A program made the position numbers and the translations under genes. A stretch of DNA of 44,448 bases, from the NCBI GenBank assembly GCA_024711205.1, contig JANJTH010000135.1:1-44448 (forward strand), read 5' to 3'. Numbering within the stretch: the first letter of the stretch is position 1; every line of letters begins with the position of its first letter. Positions 31,123-40,025 of the stretch are shown here, one piece after another. Source of the stretch: Planctomycetota bacterium. GTDB lineage: Bacteria > Planctomycetota > J058. The notes beneath the pieces were generated by a model. The model searched no databases, was not told the origin of the DNA, and saw only the letters and a program-made list of their open reading frames with translations.

Positions 31123-32877
31123 ATGTCCTCGCGTTCTCGTCCGCCGGCCGCCGCGCTGGCGCTGGTCCTCTGCCTGGCCGGCGCGGCGCGGGCGCAGCAG
31201 GTCGCGCCCGAGGAGCTCGTGCTCGACAACGGCATGAAGTTCCTGCTCCTCCCGCGCAAGGACCAGCCGGGCTCGATCACGGCCGGGTGGGTCGCCAAGG
31301 TCGGCTCGGTCGACGAGCGGCCCGGGATCACCGGGATCGCGCACTTCTTCGAGCACATGATGTTCAAGGGCACGCGCACGATCGGGACGCGCGACCCGGC
31401 CCAGGACGCGAAGCTCTCGGCCGAGCAGCACCGCCTGCGCGGCGAGCTGCGCAGGCTGCACCTGGGCCAGCAGTACCGCCGCTGGCGCCTGGGCGAGATC
31501 ACCGACCCCTGGGACCCGAAGCACGACACCGACGACATGAAGGCGCTGCGCGCCGAGCTCGCGAAGGTCGTCGAGGCGCAGCGGGCGATCATCGTCAAGG
31601 ACGAGTTCGACCAGATCTACACGAAGCTCGGCGGGACGCGCATGAACGCGTTCACGAGCCACGACCTGACCTTCTACTTCATCACGGTCCCGGGCAACAA
31701 GCTGGAGCTGTGGGCGTGGATGGAGTCGGACCGGCTCCACGACTCGGTGTTTCGCGAGTTCTACAGCGAGCGCGACGTCGTCCACGAGGAGCGGCGCATG
31801 CGCACCGAGTCGACGCCGACCGGCGTGTTCTCGGAGCAGTTCGACGCCATGTTCTGGGCGTCGTCGCCCTACGCCTGGCCCGTGATCGGCTGGCCGACCG
31901 ACCTCAACTCGTACACGTTCGAGCAGGCGCAGGGCTTCTTCCGCACCTACTACCGGCCGAACAACCTCGTCGGCGTGATCGTCGGCGACTTCGACCTCGC
32001 GCAGGCGCGGACGCTCGTGCCCCGCTACTTCGGGCGGCTCGAGCGGGGCGAGGACCCGCCCACGGTCGTGACGCTCGAGGTCGAGCAGCGCGCGCCGATC
32101 CGCATGGAGGCCGAGGTCGAGGCCGCCCCCGAGGTCGAGGTCCGCTACCACTCGGTCCCGTTCGACCACCCCGACGAGTTCGCGCTCGAGATCCTGGCCG
32201 AGCTCCTGAACGGGCGGACCGGCCGGCTCTACCGCGCGCTCGTCGAGGGCAAGGAGCTCGCGACGCAGGCGGGCGTCCGCCAGGACTCGCGCAAGTACGG
32301 GGGCGCGTTCTCGTTCTCGGCCGAGTGCAAGGGCGACGTCGACCCGGCCGCGGTCGAGCGCGCGTGGTTCGAGGAGGTGATCCGCCTCGTCGAGGAGCCG
32401 GTGGCCGCCCGCGAGCTCGAGAAGGTGAAGAACCGCGTGCTCGCCGACAGCTTCCGCCGGCTCGAGGACAACTACTTCCTCATGCTCCAGCTCGGCTACT
32501 ACGAGGCGCTCGGCGGCTGGCGCTACATCAACGAGGCGCCGGGCAAGCTGGCCGCGGTCACGGCCGAGGACATCCAGCGCGTCGCGCGGACCTACCTCAA
32601 GGAGACGAACCGGGCGACCGCGCTGTTCCGCCGCAAGGCGGGCGCGGCGCAGTCGCCCGCCGACGCGGCGCTCGAGAAGCTCCCGGCCAACCTGCGCCCC
32701 ATGGCGAAGCAGGCCATGGGGCAGCTCGCGCAGATGACCGACCCCGCGCAGGTCCAGGCCGAGCTCGCGCAGCTCGAGGCCCAGCGCGCGCAGGTCCCGC
32801 CCGACTACCACCCGCTGATCGACTTCGTGCTCGAGCGCATGCGCGAGCGCCTCGCGGCGCTCCAGGAGGGCAAGTGA
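31123..32877 (+). CDS. Secreted M16B zinc peptidase, catalytic subunit
   Basis: Signal peptide ending ARA|Q, LDNGM, GSVDE, inverted zincin HFFEHMMFKGT, NAFTS, ERDVVHEERR. Confidence 0.93.
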   Translation: MSSRSRPPAAALALVLCLAGAARAQQVAPEELVLDNGMKFLLLPRKDQPGSITAGWVAKVGSVDERPGITGIAHFFEHMMFKGTRTIGTRDPAQDAKLSAEQHRLRGELRRLHLGQQYRRWRLGEITDPWDPKHDTDDMKALRAELAKVVEAQRAIIVKDEFDQIYTKLGGTRMNAFTSHDLTFYFITVPGNKLELWAWMESDRLHDSVFREFYSERDVVHEERRMRTESTPTGVFSEQFDAMFWASSPYAWPVIGWPTDLNSYTFEQAQGFFRTYYRPNNLVGVIVGDFDLAQARTLVPRYFGRLERGEDPPTVVTLEVEQRAPIRMEAEVEAAPEVEVRYHSVPFDHPDEFALEILAELLNGRTGRLYRALVEGKELATQAGVRQDSRKYGGAFSFSAECKGDVDPAAVERAWFEEVIRLVEEPVAARELEKVKNRVLADSFRRLEDNYFLMLQLGYYEALGGWRYINEAPGKLAAVTAEDIQRVARTYLKETNRATALFRRKAGAAQSPADAALEKLPANLRPMAKQAMGQLAQMTDPAQVQAELAQLEAQRAQVPPDYHPLIDFVLERMRERLAALQEGK

Positions 32878-34409
32878 ACGTCTTCCGTCGCCCTCGCCGG
32901 TCCGCCGGCGCCCTGCTCCTCGGCGCCTCGAGCGCCGGCCTCCTCCTCGGCGCGTCCCTGCTCGGCCCAGGCCGCGCGGCCGCGCAGGACCGCCCGGCGG
33001 ACGCGCTCCCGAAGCGCCCCGAGGAGCTCGCGTTCGCGCCGCTCGCCTTCGAGCTGCCCGACCCGGGGAAGCTCCGCCACGTGCTCCCGTCGGGCGTCCC
33101 CTGCTACGTGTCGCCCAACCGCTCGCTCCCGCTCGTGAAGATCTCGTTCACGTTCCGGGGCGGGCGCTACCTCGACGCGCCCGGGGCCGAGGGCGTCGCG
33201 GGCGCCATGGGCAGCATGCTCCGGCGCGGCGGCACGAAGTCGCACGCCCCGAGCGACTTCGACGACGCGCTCGACTTCCTGGCCGCCAACGTGGGCGCCG
33301 GGACGAGCGAGTACCGGACCGAGGCCTCGCTCGACGTGCTGACGCGCAACCTCGAGCAGGCCCTGCCCCTGTTCATCGAGATGCTCCGCGCGCCGCGCTT
33401 CGACGCCGAGCGGCTGCGGCTCTACAAGCAGGAGGTCCTCGAGGCGCTCAAGCAGCGCAACGACGACGCGGGCTCGATCCTCGGCCGCGAGTGGTCCGCG
33501 CTGATGTACGGCCCGACCCACTTCAAGGGCCGCCAGCCGACGAAGGCCTCGGTCGAGGCGCTCGACGAGGCCGCGCTGCGCGCCTTCCACGCGCGCGTCG
33601 TCCACCCGGGCAACCTCGTGATCGGGGTCACGGGGGACGTCGACCCGAAGGAGATCACGGCGCGGCTCGAGGCGGCGCTCGCCGGGTGGGCCAAGGGCGA
33701 GCGCGTCCCCGACCCGCCGGCCGAGGCCGCGCAGCCGGCCCCCGGCGTCTACCGGGTCGAGAAGGACATCCCGCAGGGGAAGGTGTACATCGGGCACCGC
33801 GGCGTGCAGCGCGACCACCCGGACGCGATCGCCCTGCGCGTGCTGTCCGAGATCCTCGGGAGCGGCGGGTTCACGAGCCGGATCACGAAGCGCGTCCGCT
33901 CGGACGAGGGGCTCGCCTACGACGCGCACGCGGTGGTGATCCCGGGCCTGTACTTCCCGGGCGAGTTCCGGGCCGCCTACCAGAGCAAGAGCCGGACGGT
34001 CGCGCTCGCGGCCAAGCTCGTGCTCGAGGAGGTGGCGAAGGTCCGCGCCGAGCCGGTCACCGCGCAGGAGCTCGAGACGGCGAAGGGCTCGATCATCGAG
34101 GGCTTCCCGCAGACGTTCGGCTCGCCCGCGGCGACGGTCGGGCTCCTCGTCGAGGACGAGCTCACGGGCCGCTCGTTCGACTACTACCGGACCTACCGCG
34201 ACAAGGTCCGCGCGCTGACCGCGGCCGACCTCCTCCGCGTGGCGAAGGAGCAGCTCCACCCCGAGAAGATGGCGATCCTCGTGGTCGGCAAGTGGGAGGA
34301 GATCGCGCCCGGCGACCTCGAGGGCCGCGCGTCCATGAAGGACCTGTTCGAGGGCAAGGTGACCGTCCTGCCCCTGCGCGACCCGCTCACGCTCGAGCCG
34401 CTGCAGTAG
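32874..34409 (+). CDS. M16B peptidase, non-catalytic partner subunit
   Basis: GTG overlaps the upstream stop. No HxxEH motif; FTSRITKRVRSDEGLAY (R/Y motif), LPSG, GDVD. Confidence 0.9.
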   Translation: MNVFRRPRRSAGALLLGASSAGLLLGASLLGPGRAAAQDRPADALPKRPEELAFAPLAFELPDPGKLRHVLPSGVPCYVSPNRSLPLVKISFTFRGGRYLDAPGAEGVAGAMGSMLRRGGTKSHAPSDFDDALDFLAANVGAGTSEYRTEASLDVLTRNLEQALPLFIEMLRAPRFDAERLRLYKQEVLEALKQRNDDAGSILGREWSALMYGPTHFKGRQPTKASVEALDEAALRAFHARVVHPGNLVIGVTGDVDPKEITARLEAALAGWAKGERVPDPPAEAAQPAPGVYRVEKDIPQGKVYIGHRGVQRDHPDAIALRVLSEILGSGGFTSRITKRVRSDEGLAYDAHAVVIPGLYFPGEFRAAYQSKSRTVALAAKLVLEEVAKVRAEPVTAQELETAKGSIIEGFPQTFGSPAATVGLLVEDELTGRSFDYYRTYRDKVRALTAADLLRVAKEQLHPEKMAILVVGKWEEIAPGDLEGRASMKDLFEGKVTVLPLRDPLTLEPLQ

Positions 34410-34413
34410 CCCG

Positions 34414-34456
34414 CCGGGAGCTGGGTGGCGCCCTCCGGGCTCCACCCAGCTCCCGG
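34414..34456. terminator. Long hairpin between convergent genes (terminator or REP-like)
   Basis: ccgggagctgggtgg-c-gccc-tcc-gggc-t-ccacccagctcccgg, starting 4 nt after the stop codon. Confidence 0.6.
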
Positions 34457-34546
34457 ATGGGTCCCGCGTGGGGATCGGCCGCGCCTCGGACCGGGAGGGC
34501 GCGGCAGCCCCGCCGACGCGCCGAGGCCTCGGCCCGGTGGGGCAGG

Positions 34547-35263
34547 CTACGGCGGCTCGAGCACGAGCCGGTAGCCCTTGCCGTGCACGGTCAGGAGCGC
34601 GCGCGGGGCCGACGGGTCACGCTCGAGCTTCCGGCGCAGGCGGGCCACGTGGTTGTCGACCGTGCGCGAGCCGGCGTCGGCGAACGGGCCCCACAGCTTG
34701 CGCATGACCTCGAGCCGGTCGAGCGTGTGCCCCGGCGCGCCGCGCAGGAGCCGCAGGAGCTCGGCCTCGGTCGTCGTGAGCGGGTGCTCGCGCCCGTCGC
34801 GGCGCGCGAGCCGCCGGTCGAGGTCGACCTCGACGCCGGGGCAGCGGAAGCGCTCGGGCGCCGGTCCGGGGCCCGGGGCCGCCGGCGGCGCCGGCCCGGC
34901 CCGGCGCAGGACCGCCCGGATCCGCGCCACGAGCTGCGCGACGCTGAACGGCTTGGGCACGTAGTCGTCGGCGCCGAGCTCGAGCCCGCGCACGACGTCG
35001 ACGTCGGTCGCGCGGGCCGTGAGCAGGATCACGGGGAGCGCCCGGCCGTCCGCGCGCAGGCGCTCGAGCACGGCGAACCCGTCGAGCCCCGGGAGCATGA
35101 CGTCGAGGAGCACGAGGTCGACGGGCGGGGCCGCGGCGAGCCGGCGCAGCCCCTCCTCGCCCGTGGGCGCGTGCTCGACCTCGAACCCCTCGTGGCGGAG
35201 GTTGAAGGCGATCCCCTGCGCGAGCAGCGCCTCGTCCTCGACGATCAGGACCCGGCCGGCCAT
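34547..35263 (-). CDS. OmpR/PhoB-family response regulator (orphan)
   Basis: VLIVEDE, LLDVMLPGLDG, LTA, GADDYVPKPF, winged helix SRTVDNHVARLRRKLE...TVHGKGY; start ATG 35263. Confidence 0.93.
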   Translation of the reverse strand: MAGRVLIVEDEALLAQGIAFNLRHEGFEVEHAPTGEEGLRRLAAAPPVDLVLLDVMLPGLDGFAVLERLRADGRALPVILLTARATDVDVVRGLELGADDYVPKPFSVAQLVARIRAVLRRAGPAPPAAPGPGPAPERFRCPGVEVDLDRRLARRDGREHPLTTTEAELLRLLRGAPGHTLDRLEVMRKLWGPFADAGSRTVDNHVARLRRKLERDPSAPRALLTVHGKGYRLVLEPP

Positions 35264-35339
35264 GCCGCATGCTCGCCGCCGGCGGCCGGCAGGGGAAGCG
35301 GGCCCCGGGCGGTCTCGTCGCCCGCCCGGAGGAGCCTCC

Positions 35340-35693
35340 ATGGCCTACGTCGACGGCTTCGTGCTGCCCGTGCCGCGCAAGGACCTGCCCGCCTACCGCA
35401 AGCTCGCCCTGCTCGCGGCGAAGGTGTGGCGCGAGCACGGCGCGCTCGAGGTCGTCGAGTGCGTGGCCGACGACGTGCGGACGGGGAAGGTCACGTCGTC
35501 CCCGCAGGCCGTGAAGCTGAAGCGGGGCGAGGTCGTCGTGCTCTCGTGGATCCGCCACCGGTCGCGCGCGCAGCGCGACCGCGTCATGAAGGAGGTCCTG
35601 GCCGACCCGCGGCTCCAGCGCCTCCCCGAGCGCATGCCCCTCGACGCCGTGCGCATGTTCTGGGGCGGGTTCACGCCGATCGTCGAGCGGTAG
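35340..35693 (+). CDS. DUF1428 (YbaA-like) protein
   Basis: MAYVDGFVLPVP...WREHGALEVVEC...GKVTS...MPLDAVRMFWGGF; GGAGGAG RBS. Confidence 0.9.
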   Translation: MAYVDGFVLPVPRKDLPAYRKLALLAAKVWREHGALEVVECVADDVRTGKVTSSPQAVKLKRGEVVVLSWIRHRSRAQRDRVMKEVLADPRLQRLPERMPLDAVRMFWGGFTPIVER

Positions 35694-35801
35694 CCGCCGG
35701 GGCGCGGGCGCGGCCGCGCGGGGCTCGCCCCGTCGGCTGCCCGCGCTATGCTCGGGCCCGCGGTCGGGGCGTGCGGCCCCGCGCGCGGCGGCGAGGTGGC
35801 G

Positions 35802-36602
35802 GTGTCGAAGGTCGTGCTCGAGCGCGCGGGGGTCGCCGCGCGGATCTGGATCGATCGGCCGGACGTCCACAACGCGTTCGACGACGAGGTGATCGGGGGC
35901 CTCGAGCGCGCGATCGACGAGGCCGCGGCCGACCCCGCCGCGCGCGCGATCGTGCTCGGCGGGCGCGGGCGGAGCTTCTCGGCCGGCGCCGACCTGGCGT
36001 GGATGCGCCGCGCGGCCGACTACACGCCCGAGGAGAACCGCGCCGACGCGGCGCGCCTCGCCGCCATGCTCCGGCGGCTCGCCGAGGCGCCGAAGGTGAC
36101 GATCGCGCGCGTCCACGGCCCGGCCATGGGCGGCGGGCTCGGGCTCGTCGCGGCCTGCGACCTCGCGGTCGCGACCGCCGGCGCGAGGTTCGGCCTGTCC
36201 GAGGTCAAGCTCGGGCTGATCCCGGCCGTGATCTCGCCGCACGTGCTCGCGAAGGTCGGGCCCGGCCACGGGCGCGCGCTGTTCGTCACGGGCGAGCGGT
36301 TCGACGCGCGGACCGCCGAGCGGCTCGGGCTCGTCACGCGCGTCGTCGACGACGAGGCCGCGCTCGACGCGGCCGTGGACGAGCTCGTGGCGCAGGTGCG
36401 CACGAGCGGGCCCGAGGCCGTCGCCGCGGCGAAGGAGCTCGTGCGCGTCGTGCCGACCCTGACCCCGGCCGACGCCGACGCCTGGACGGCCGGGCAGATC
36501 GCGGCGCGCCGCGCGACGCCCGAGGCCCGCGAGGGGATCGCCGCGTTCCTCGCCAAGCGCCCGCCGGCCTGGGCCGTCGGCCCCGACGAGCCGGGCGCGT
36601 GA
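35802..36602 (+). CDS. liuC: Enoyl-CoA hydratase/isomerase, probable methylglutaconyl-CoA hydratase
   Basis: RPDVHNAFD, FSAGADLAWM, AMGGGLGLVAACD, SEVKLGLIPAVISP; coupled to HMG-CoA lyase. Alternative start at 35748. Confidence 0.8.
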   Translation: MSKVVLERAGVAARIWIDRPDVHNAFDDEVIGGLERAIDEAAADPAARAIVLGGRGRSFSAGADLAWMRRAADYTPEENRADAARLAAMLRRLAEAPKVTIARVHGPAMGGGLGLVAACDLAVATAGARFGLSEVKLGLIPAVISPHVLAKVGPGHGRALFVTGERFDARTAERLGLVTRVVDDEAALDAAVDELVAQVRTSGPEAVAAAKELVRVVPTLTPADADAWTAGQIAARRATPEAREGIAAFLAKRPPAWAVGPDEPGA

Positions 36603-37543
36603 GGCCCGGCCGCCCCCCGGTCGTCGACCCCGCGCGCCTGCCGCGGGCCGTGACGGTCTACGAGGTCGGCCCGCGCGACGGGCTGCAGAACGAGGCCAGC
36701 GCGCTCCCGACCGCGGTCAAGCGCGCCTTCGTCGAGGACCTCGCGGCGGCCGGGCTGCGCTGGGTCGAGGCGACGAGCTTCGTCCACCCGCGCTGGGTCC
36801 CCCAGCTCGCCGACGCGGCCGAGCTCCTGGCCGGGCTCGCGCGCGCGCCCGACGCCCGCTACCCGGTGCTCGTCCCGAACGAGAAGGGGCTCGACCGCGC
36901 GCTCGCGGCCGGCGTCGACGCCGTGGCCGTGTTCGCGGCCGCGACGGACGGGTTCTCGCAGCGCAACCAGAACGCGCCCGTGGCCGAGGTCATGGCGGGG
37001 CTGCGCCCGGTCGTCGAGCGCGCGCGGGCGGCCGGCCTGTGGGTGCGCGGCTACCTCTCGGTGTGCTGGGGCTGCCCGGTCGATGGCGCGGTGGCGCCGG
37101 CTCAGGTCGCCGCGCTCGCGCGCGACCTCGTGGGCCTCGGCGTCGACGCCGTGAGCCTGGGCGACACGGTCGGCGTCGCGACGCCGGGCGGGGTCGAGCG
37201 CGTGCTCGACGCCGTCGCGGTCCACGCGGCGCCCGAGCGGCTCGCGCTGCACATGCACGACACGCGCGGGGCGGCGCTCGCGAACTGCTTCGCGGGGCTC
37301 CTGTGGGGCGTGACGACGTTCGACGCGAGCGCGGGCGGGCTGGGCGGCTGCCCCTACGCCCCGGGCGCGTCCGGCAACCTCGACACCTGCGACCTCGTGC
37401 ACCTGCTCGACGGGCTCGGCGTCGCGACCGGGGTCGACGTGGAGGCCGTGCGGCGCGCGGCCACCCGCCTCGTGCCCTACCTGGGGCGCCCCCTGCCCGG
37501 GCGCTACAGCCGGGCGGGCGCGTTCCGCCCCGCCCCGGGGTGA
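36599..37543 (+). CDS. liuE: Hydroxymethylglutaryl-CoA lyase
   Basis: EVGPRDGLQNE, TSFVHPRWVPQLAD, SLGDTVG, LHMHDTRG, GLGGCPYAPGASGN; GTGA overlap with the upstream gene. Confidence 0.93.
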   Translation: MRPGRPPVVDPARLPRAVTVYEVGPRDGLQNEASALPTAVKRAFVEDLAAAGLRWVEATSFVHPRWVPQLADAAELLAGLARAPDARYPVLVPNEKGLDRALAAGVDAVAVFAAATDGFSQRNQNAPVAEVMAGLRPVVERARAAGLWVRGYLSVCWGCPVDGAVAPAQVAALARDLVGLGVDAVSLGDTVGVATPGGVERVLDAVAVHAAPERLALHMHDTRGAALANCFAGLLWGVTTFDASAGGLGGCPYAPGASGNLDTCDLVHLLDGLGVATGVDVEAVRRAATRLVPYLGRPLPGRYSRAGAFRPAPG

Positions 37544-37560
37544 CGCCCGGTCACCCGGGG
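37533..37560. terminator. Hairpin at the end of the HMG-CoA lyase gene
   Basis: ccccggggtgac-gcccg-gtcacccgggg with one bulged base; no U-tract. Confidence 0.35.
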
Positions 37561-37567
37561 CCTCGGG

Positions 37568-37596
37568 TTGAACTTCGATTTTTGTTCTGGTAGGCT
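37568..37596 (+). promoter_or_regulatory. sigma70-type lexA promoter with an embedded candidate SOS box
   Basis: TTGAAC-17 bp-TAGGCT with an extended TG; GAAC-N10-GTTC at 37570-37587. Confidence 0.65.
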
Positions 37597-37621
37597 GCCC
37601 CGCGGAGAGGGGGAACAGAGC

Positions 37622-38332
37622 ATGAACCTCACGGCCCGCCAGCACCAGATCATCACCTACATCTGGAAGTATCGGAAGCGCAACGGCCTGGCCCCGACGC
37701 TCGCGGAGATCGCGGGGAACCTGGGGATCTCGAAGGTCACGGTCCACGAGCACATCGCCCAGCTCGAGCGCAAGGGCGCGCTCGAGAAGGAGCCGTTCCT
37801 GTCGCGCTCGACGCGCCTGACCCGCAAGATGGCGAAGGAGCTCGAGAAGACCGCGGCCGAGCAGTCCCGGTTCATCGGCGTCGAGGACCCCGAGCCGGGG
37901 GCCGCGGGCGAGGAGCGCGCGCCGGCCGAGCGCGCGAGCAGCGGGGCGCGCAAGCGGCGGAGCACGACGCTCCCGCTCCTGGGCTCGATCGCGGCGGGGC
38001 GCCCGCTCGAGGCGATCGAGGAGCGCGACGTGGTCGACGTGGCGGACATCTGCAACCTCGACCGCGCGAACTACATGCTCCGGGTCAAGGGCGACTCCAT
38101 GATCGAGGACGGGATCTGCGACGGCGACTTCGTGCTCGTCGAGAAGCGGAGCACGGCGAGCGACGGCGAGACCGTGGTCGCGATCCTCGAGAACAACGAG
38201 GCGACGCTCAAGCGGTTCTACCGCCAGCGCAAGCGCTTCAAGCTCGAGCCGGCGAACGCGGCGCTCAAGCCGATCTACACGGACAAGCTCGAGATCCGCG
38301 GCGTCGTCGTCGGCGTCCTCCGGCGGTACTAG
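37622..38332 (+). CDS. lexA: SOS repressor LexA
   Basis: LTARQ...PTLAEIA...TVHEHIAQLERKG HTH, IAAG cleavage site, VKGDSM catalytic Ser, TLKRF catalytic Lys. Confidence 0.95.
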   Translation: MNLTARQHQIITYIWKYRKRNGLAPTLAEIAGNLGISKVTVHEHIAQLERKGALEKEPFLSRSTRLTRKMAKELEKTAAEQSRFIGVEDPEPGAAGEERAPAERASSGARKRRSTTLPLLGSIAAGRPLEAIEERDVVDVADICNLDRANYMLRVKGDSMIEDGICDGDFVLVEKRSTASDGETVVAILENNEATLKRFYRQRKRFKLEPANAALKPIYTDKLEIRGVVVGVLRRY

Positions 38333-38462
38333 GGCCCGCCCCCGAAGCCATCGCGGCCGCTGGCGAGGCGGGAGCGAAGTCATCGGTGCTGGAGGCACCA
38401 TGACGAGCGACCAACGAAGCCAGCGGCCGCGAGGGCTTCGAGGGCCCCTCGAGCCGCCGGGA

Positions 38463-38491
38463 TTGACAGCCCTCCCCGACACCCGTAGGAT
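38463..38491 (+). promoter_or_regulatory. sigma70 promoter of tRNA-Pro
   Basis: TTGACA-17 bp-TAGGAT, ending 11 nt before the tRNA. Confidence 0.8.
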
Positions 38492-38502
38492 CCGCGACCG
38501 AT

Positions 38503-38578
<76 letters not shown>

Positions 38579-38580
38579 CC

Positions 38581-38616
38581 GCGAAGGGCCGGAGTCTCAC
38601 GACTCCGGCCCTTCGC
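38581..38616 (+). terminator. Terminator hairpin after tRNA-Pro
   Basis: Perfect 16-bp stem gcgaagggccggagtc-tcac-gactccggcccttcgc. Confidence 0.75.
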
Positions 38617-38680
38617 ATTGGTTCCCGCCGCGGGGATCGTCGGGTGGCCCGGCCCTCGCACGCGTGCGACGATCCGGCCC

Positions 38681-39907
38681 ATGCTGGACGCGTTCAAGCG
38701 GGCGCTCGGCGGCGGGGACCCGGCCGCGCGACGGGTGGACCTCGAGGCCGAGCGGGCGCGGCTGCTCGAGGGGATCGAGGACCGGCGCCGGGCGCTCGAG
38801 GCGCTGCGCGGGCGGCGGCTCGAGGCGCTGTTCCCGAGCGGGGCGGTCGAGGGGTTCGTGGGACCCGAGGCGGGCGGGCCGCGGTTCCCGGGGCTCGACC
38901 CGATCAACCTCGAGGAGGACGAGCCGCAGAGCTGGGCCGTGGCCGTCGCGAACCGGATCGTCGACGGCTTCCCCGGCGGCGAGGCGCTCCTCTCGCAGCT
39001 CGACCGGACGTGGGCCGCCTACGCCGAGGCGAACTGGCTGCGGGTCGTCCCGGGCGGGCCCCACGGCGAGCTGCTCGCCTGGCGCGACCAGGTCCTCGCG
39101 GCCTGGGACGTGCCGCGCGACGTGCCGCTCTACCTCACGCAGGGCGGCGGGCACCGCGTCTACGGCTGCAAGGCGCCGTTCGTGGTCCTCGACCTGTTCG
39201 CGCTCGCCCCGCTCGACGAGGACGAGCGGCGGTTCGTGGTCGCCTCGAGCCTGGGGCCGCTGTTCTTCGGCTACCTGCGGATCTTCGCCTTCCACCGGCT
39301 CATGGAGGTGCTCGACAAGATGCCCTCCGTGGGCGGGCTGGTCGCCAAGGGCCTCGGGCTGATCCCCGTGTTCGGGCACACGATCTCGCGGGGGCTCGAG
39401 CTCGCGCGGAGCCTCAACGACCAGTTGATCCGCAAGACGAACCTGATCGCCGGCGTCCGCCAGCACGTCCTCTGCGACCGGCTGGCCGTGCTCGCGCTCG
39501 GCGACCCGGCGCCCGCCCGGCGCGCGTTCGCCAAGATCGCCGTCGGCGCCCAGCCCGCCCTGGGCGCGGTCGACGCGCAGCTCGTCGCCCAGGGCGCCGC
39601 GCTCCACGCGCGGCTCGAGCAGGGCGACGTCGACCTCCAGATGCTCTCGGTGATCGGGCCCGGCGCCCCGTTCGCGGCCTACCGCGCGCACCGCCTCGAC
39701 CAGTGGCTCGCGGGCGACCGCGCCGACCGCCTGCGCCGGGGGTTCTTCGTCACCCGCGAGCGCCTGGCCGAGTACCGGCGCGCCGACGCGGCGCTCGAGG
39801 AGGAGCTACGCCTGCACCAGCAGCGCCTGCTCGAGCTGCACGAGCGGCTCACGCGCGTCGAGGCGGACCTGCTCCGCGCGGCGGCGGCGGAGGAGCCGGC
39901 GGGGTAG
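38681..39907 (+). CDS. M48 peptidase-like protein lacking HExxH (probable pseudo-peptidase) with coiled-coil termini
   Basis: PLYLTQ...VYGCKAPFVVL...LDEDERRFVVASSLGP, LCDRLAVLALGDPAPARRAFAKIAVG and RAHRLDQW follow the M48 layout. Confidence 0.6.
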   Translation: MLDAFKRALGGGDPAARRVDLEAERARLLEGIEDRRRALEALRGRRLEALFPSGAVEGFVGPEAGGPRFPGLDPINLEEDEPQSWAVAVANRIVDGFPGGEALLSQLDRTWAAYAEANWLRVVPGGPHGELLAWRDQVLAAWDVPRDVPLYLTQGGGHRVYGCKAPFVVLDLFALAPLDEDERRFVVASSLGPLFFGYLRIFAFHRLMEVLDKMPSVGGLVAKGLGLIPVFGHTISRGLELARSLNDQLIRKTNLIAGVRQHVLCDRLAVLALGDPAPARRAFAKIAVGAQPALGAVDAQLVAQGAALHARLEQGDVDLQMLSVIGPGAPFAAYRAHRLDQWLAGDRADRLRRGFFVTRERLAEYRRADAALEEELRLHQQRLLELHERLTRVEADLLRAAAAEEPAG

Positions 39908-40025
39908 CTGGCGCGGCCCCGGCGGCCCGCGCCGGTCGCACGGCCCGGCGCGCCGTGCGAGCATGCCGCCCCGCGTGGGCGGGGGCCGCGAGGCGCCGCG
40001 GGCCCGCGCGTCAGGAGGCGCCCCG

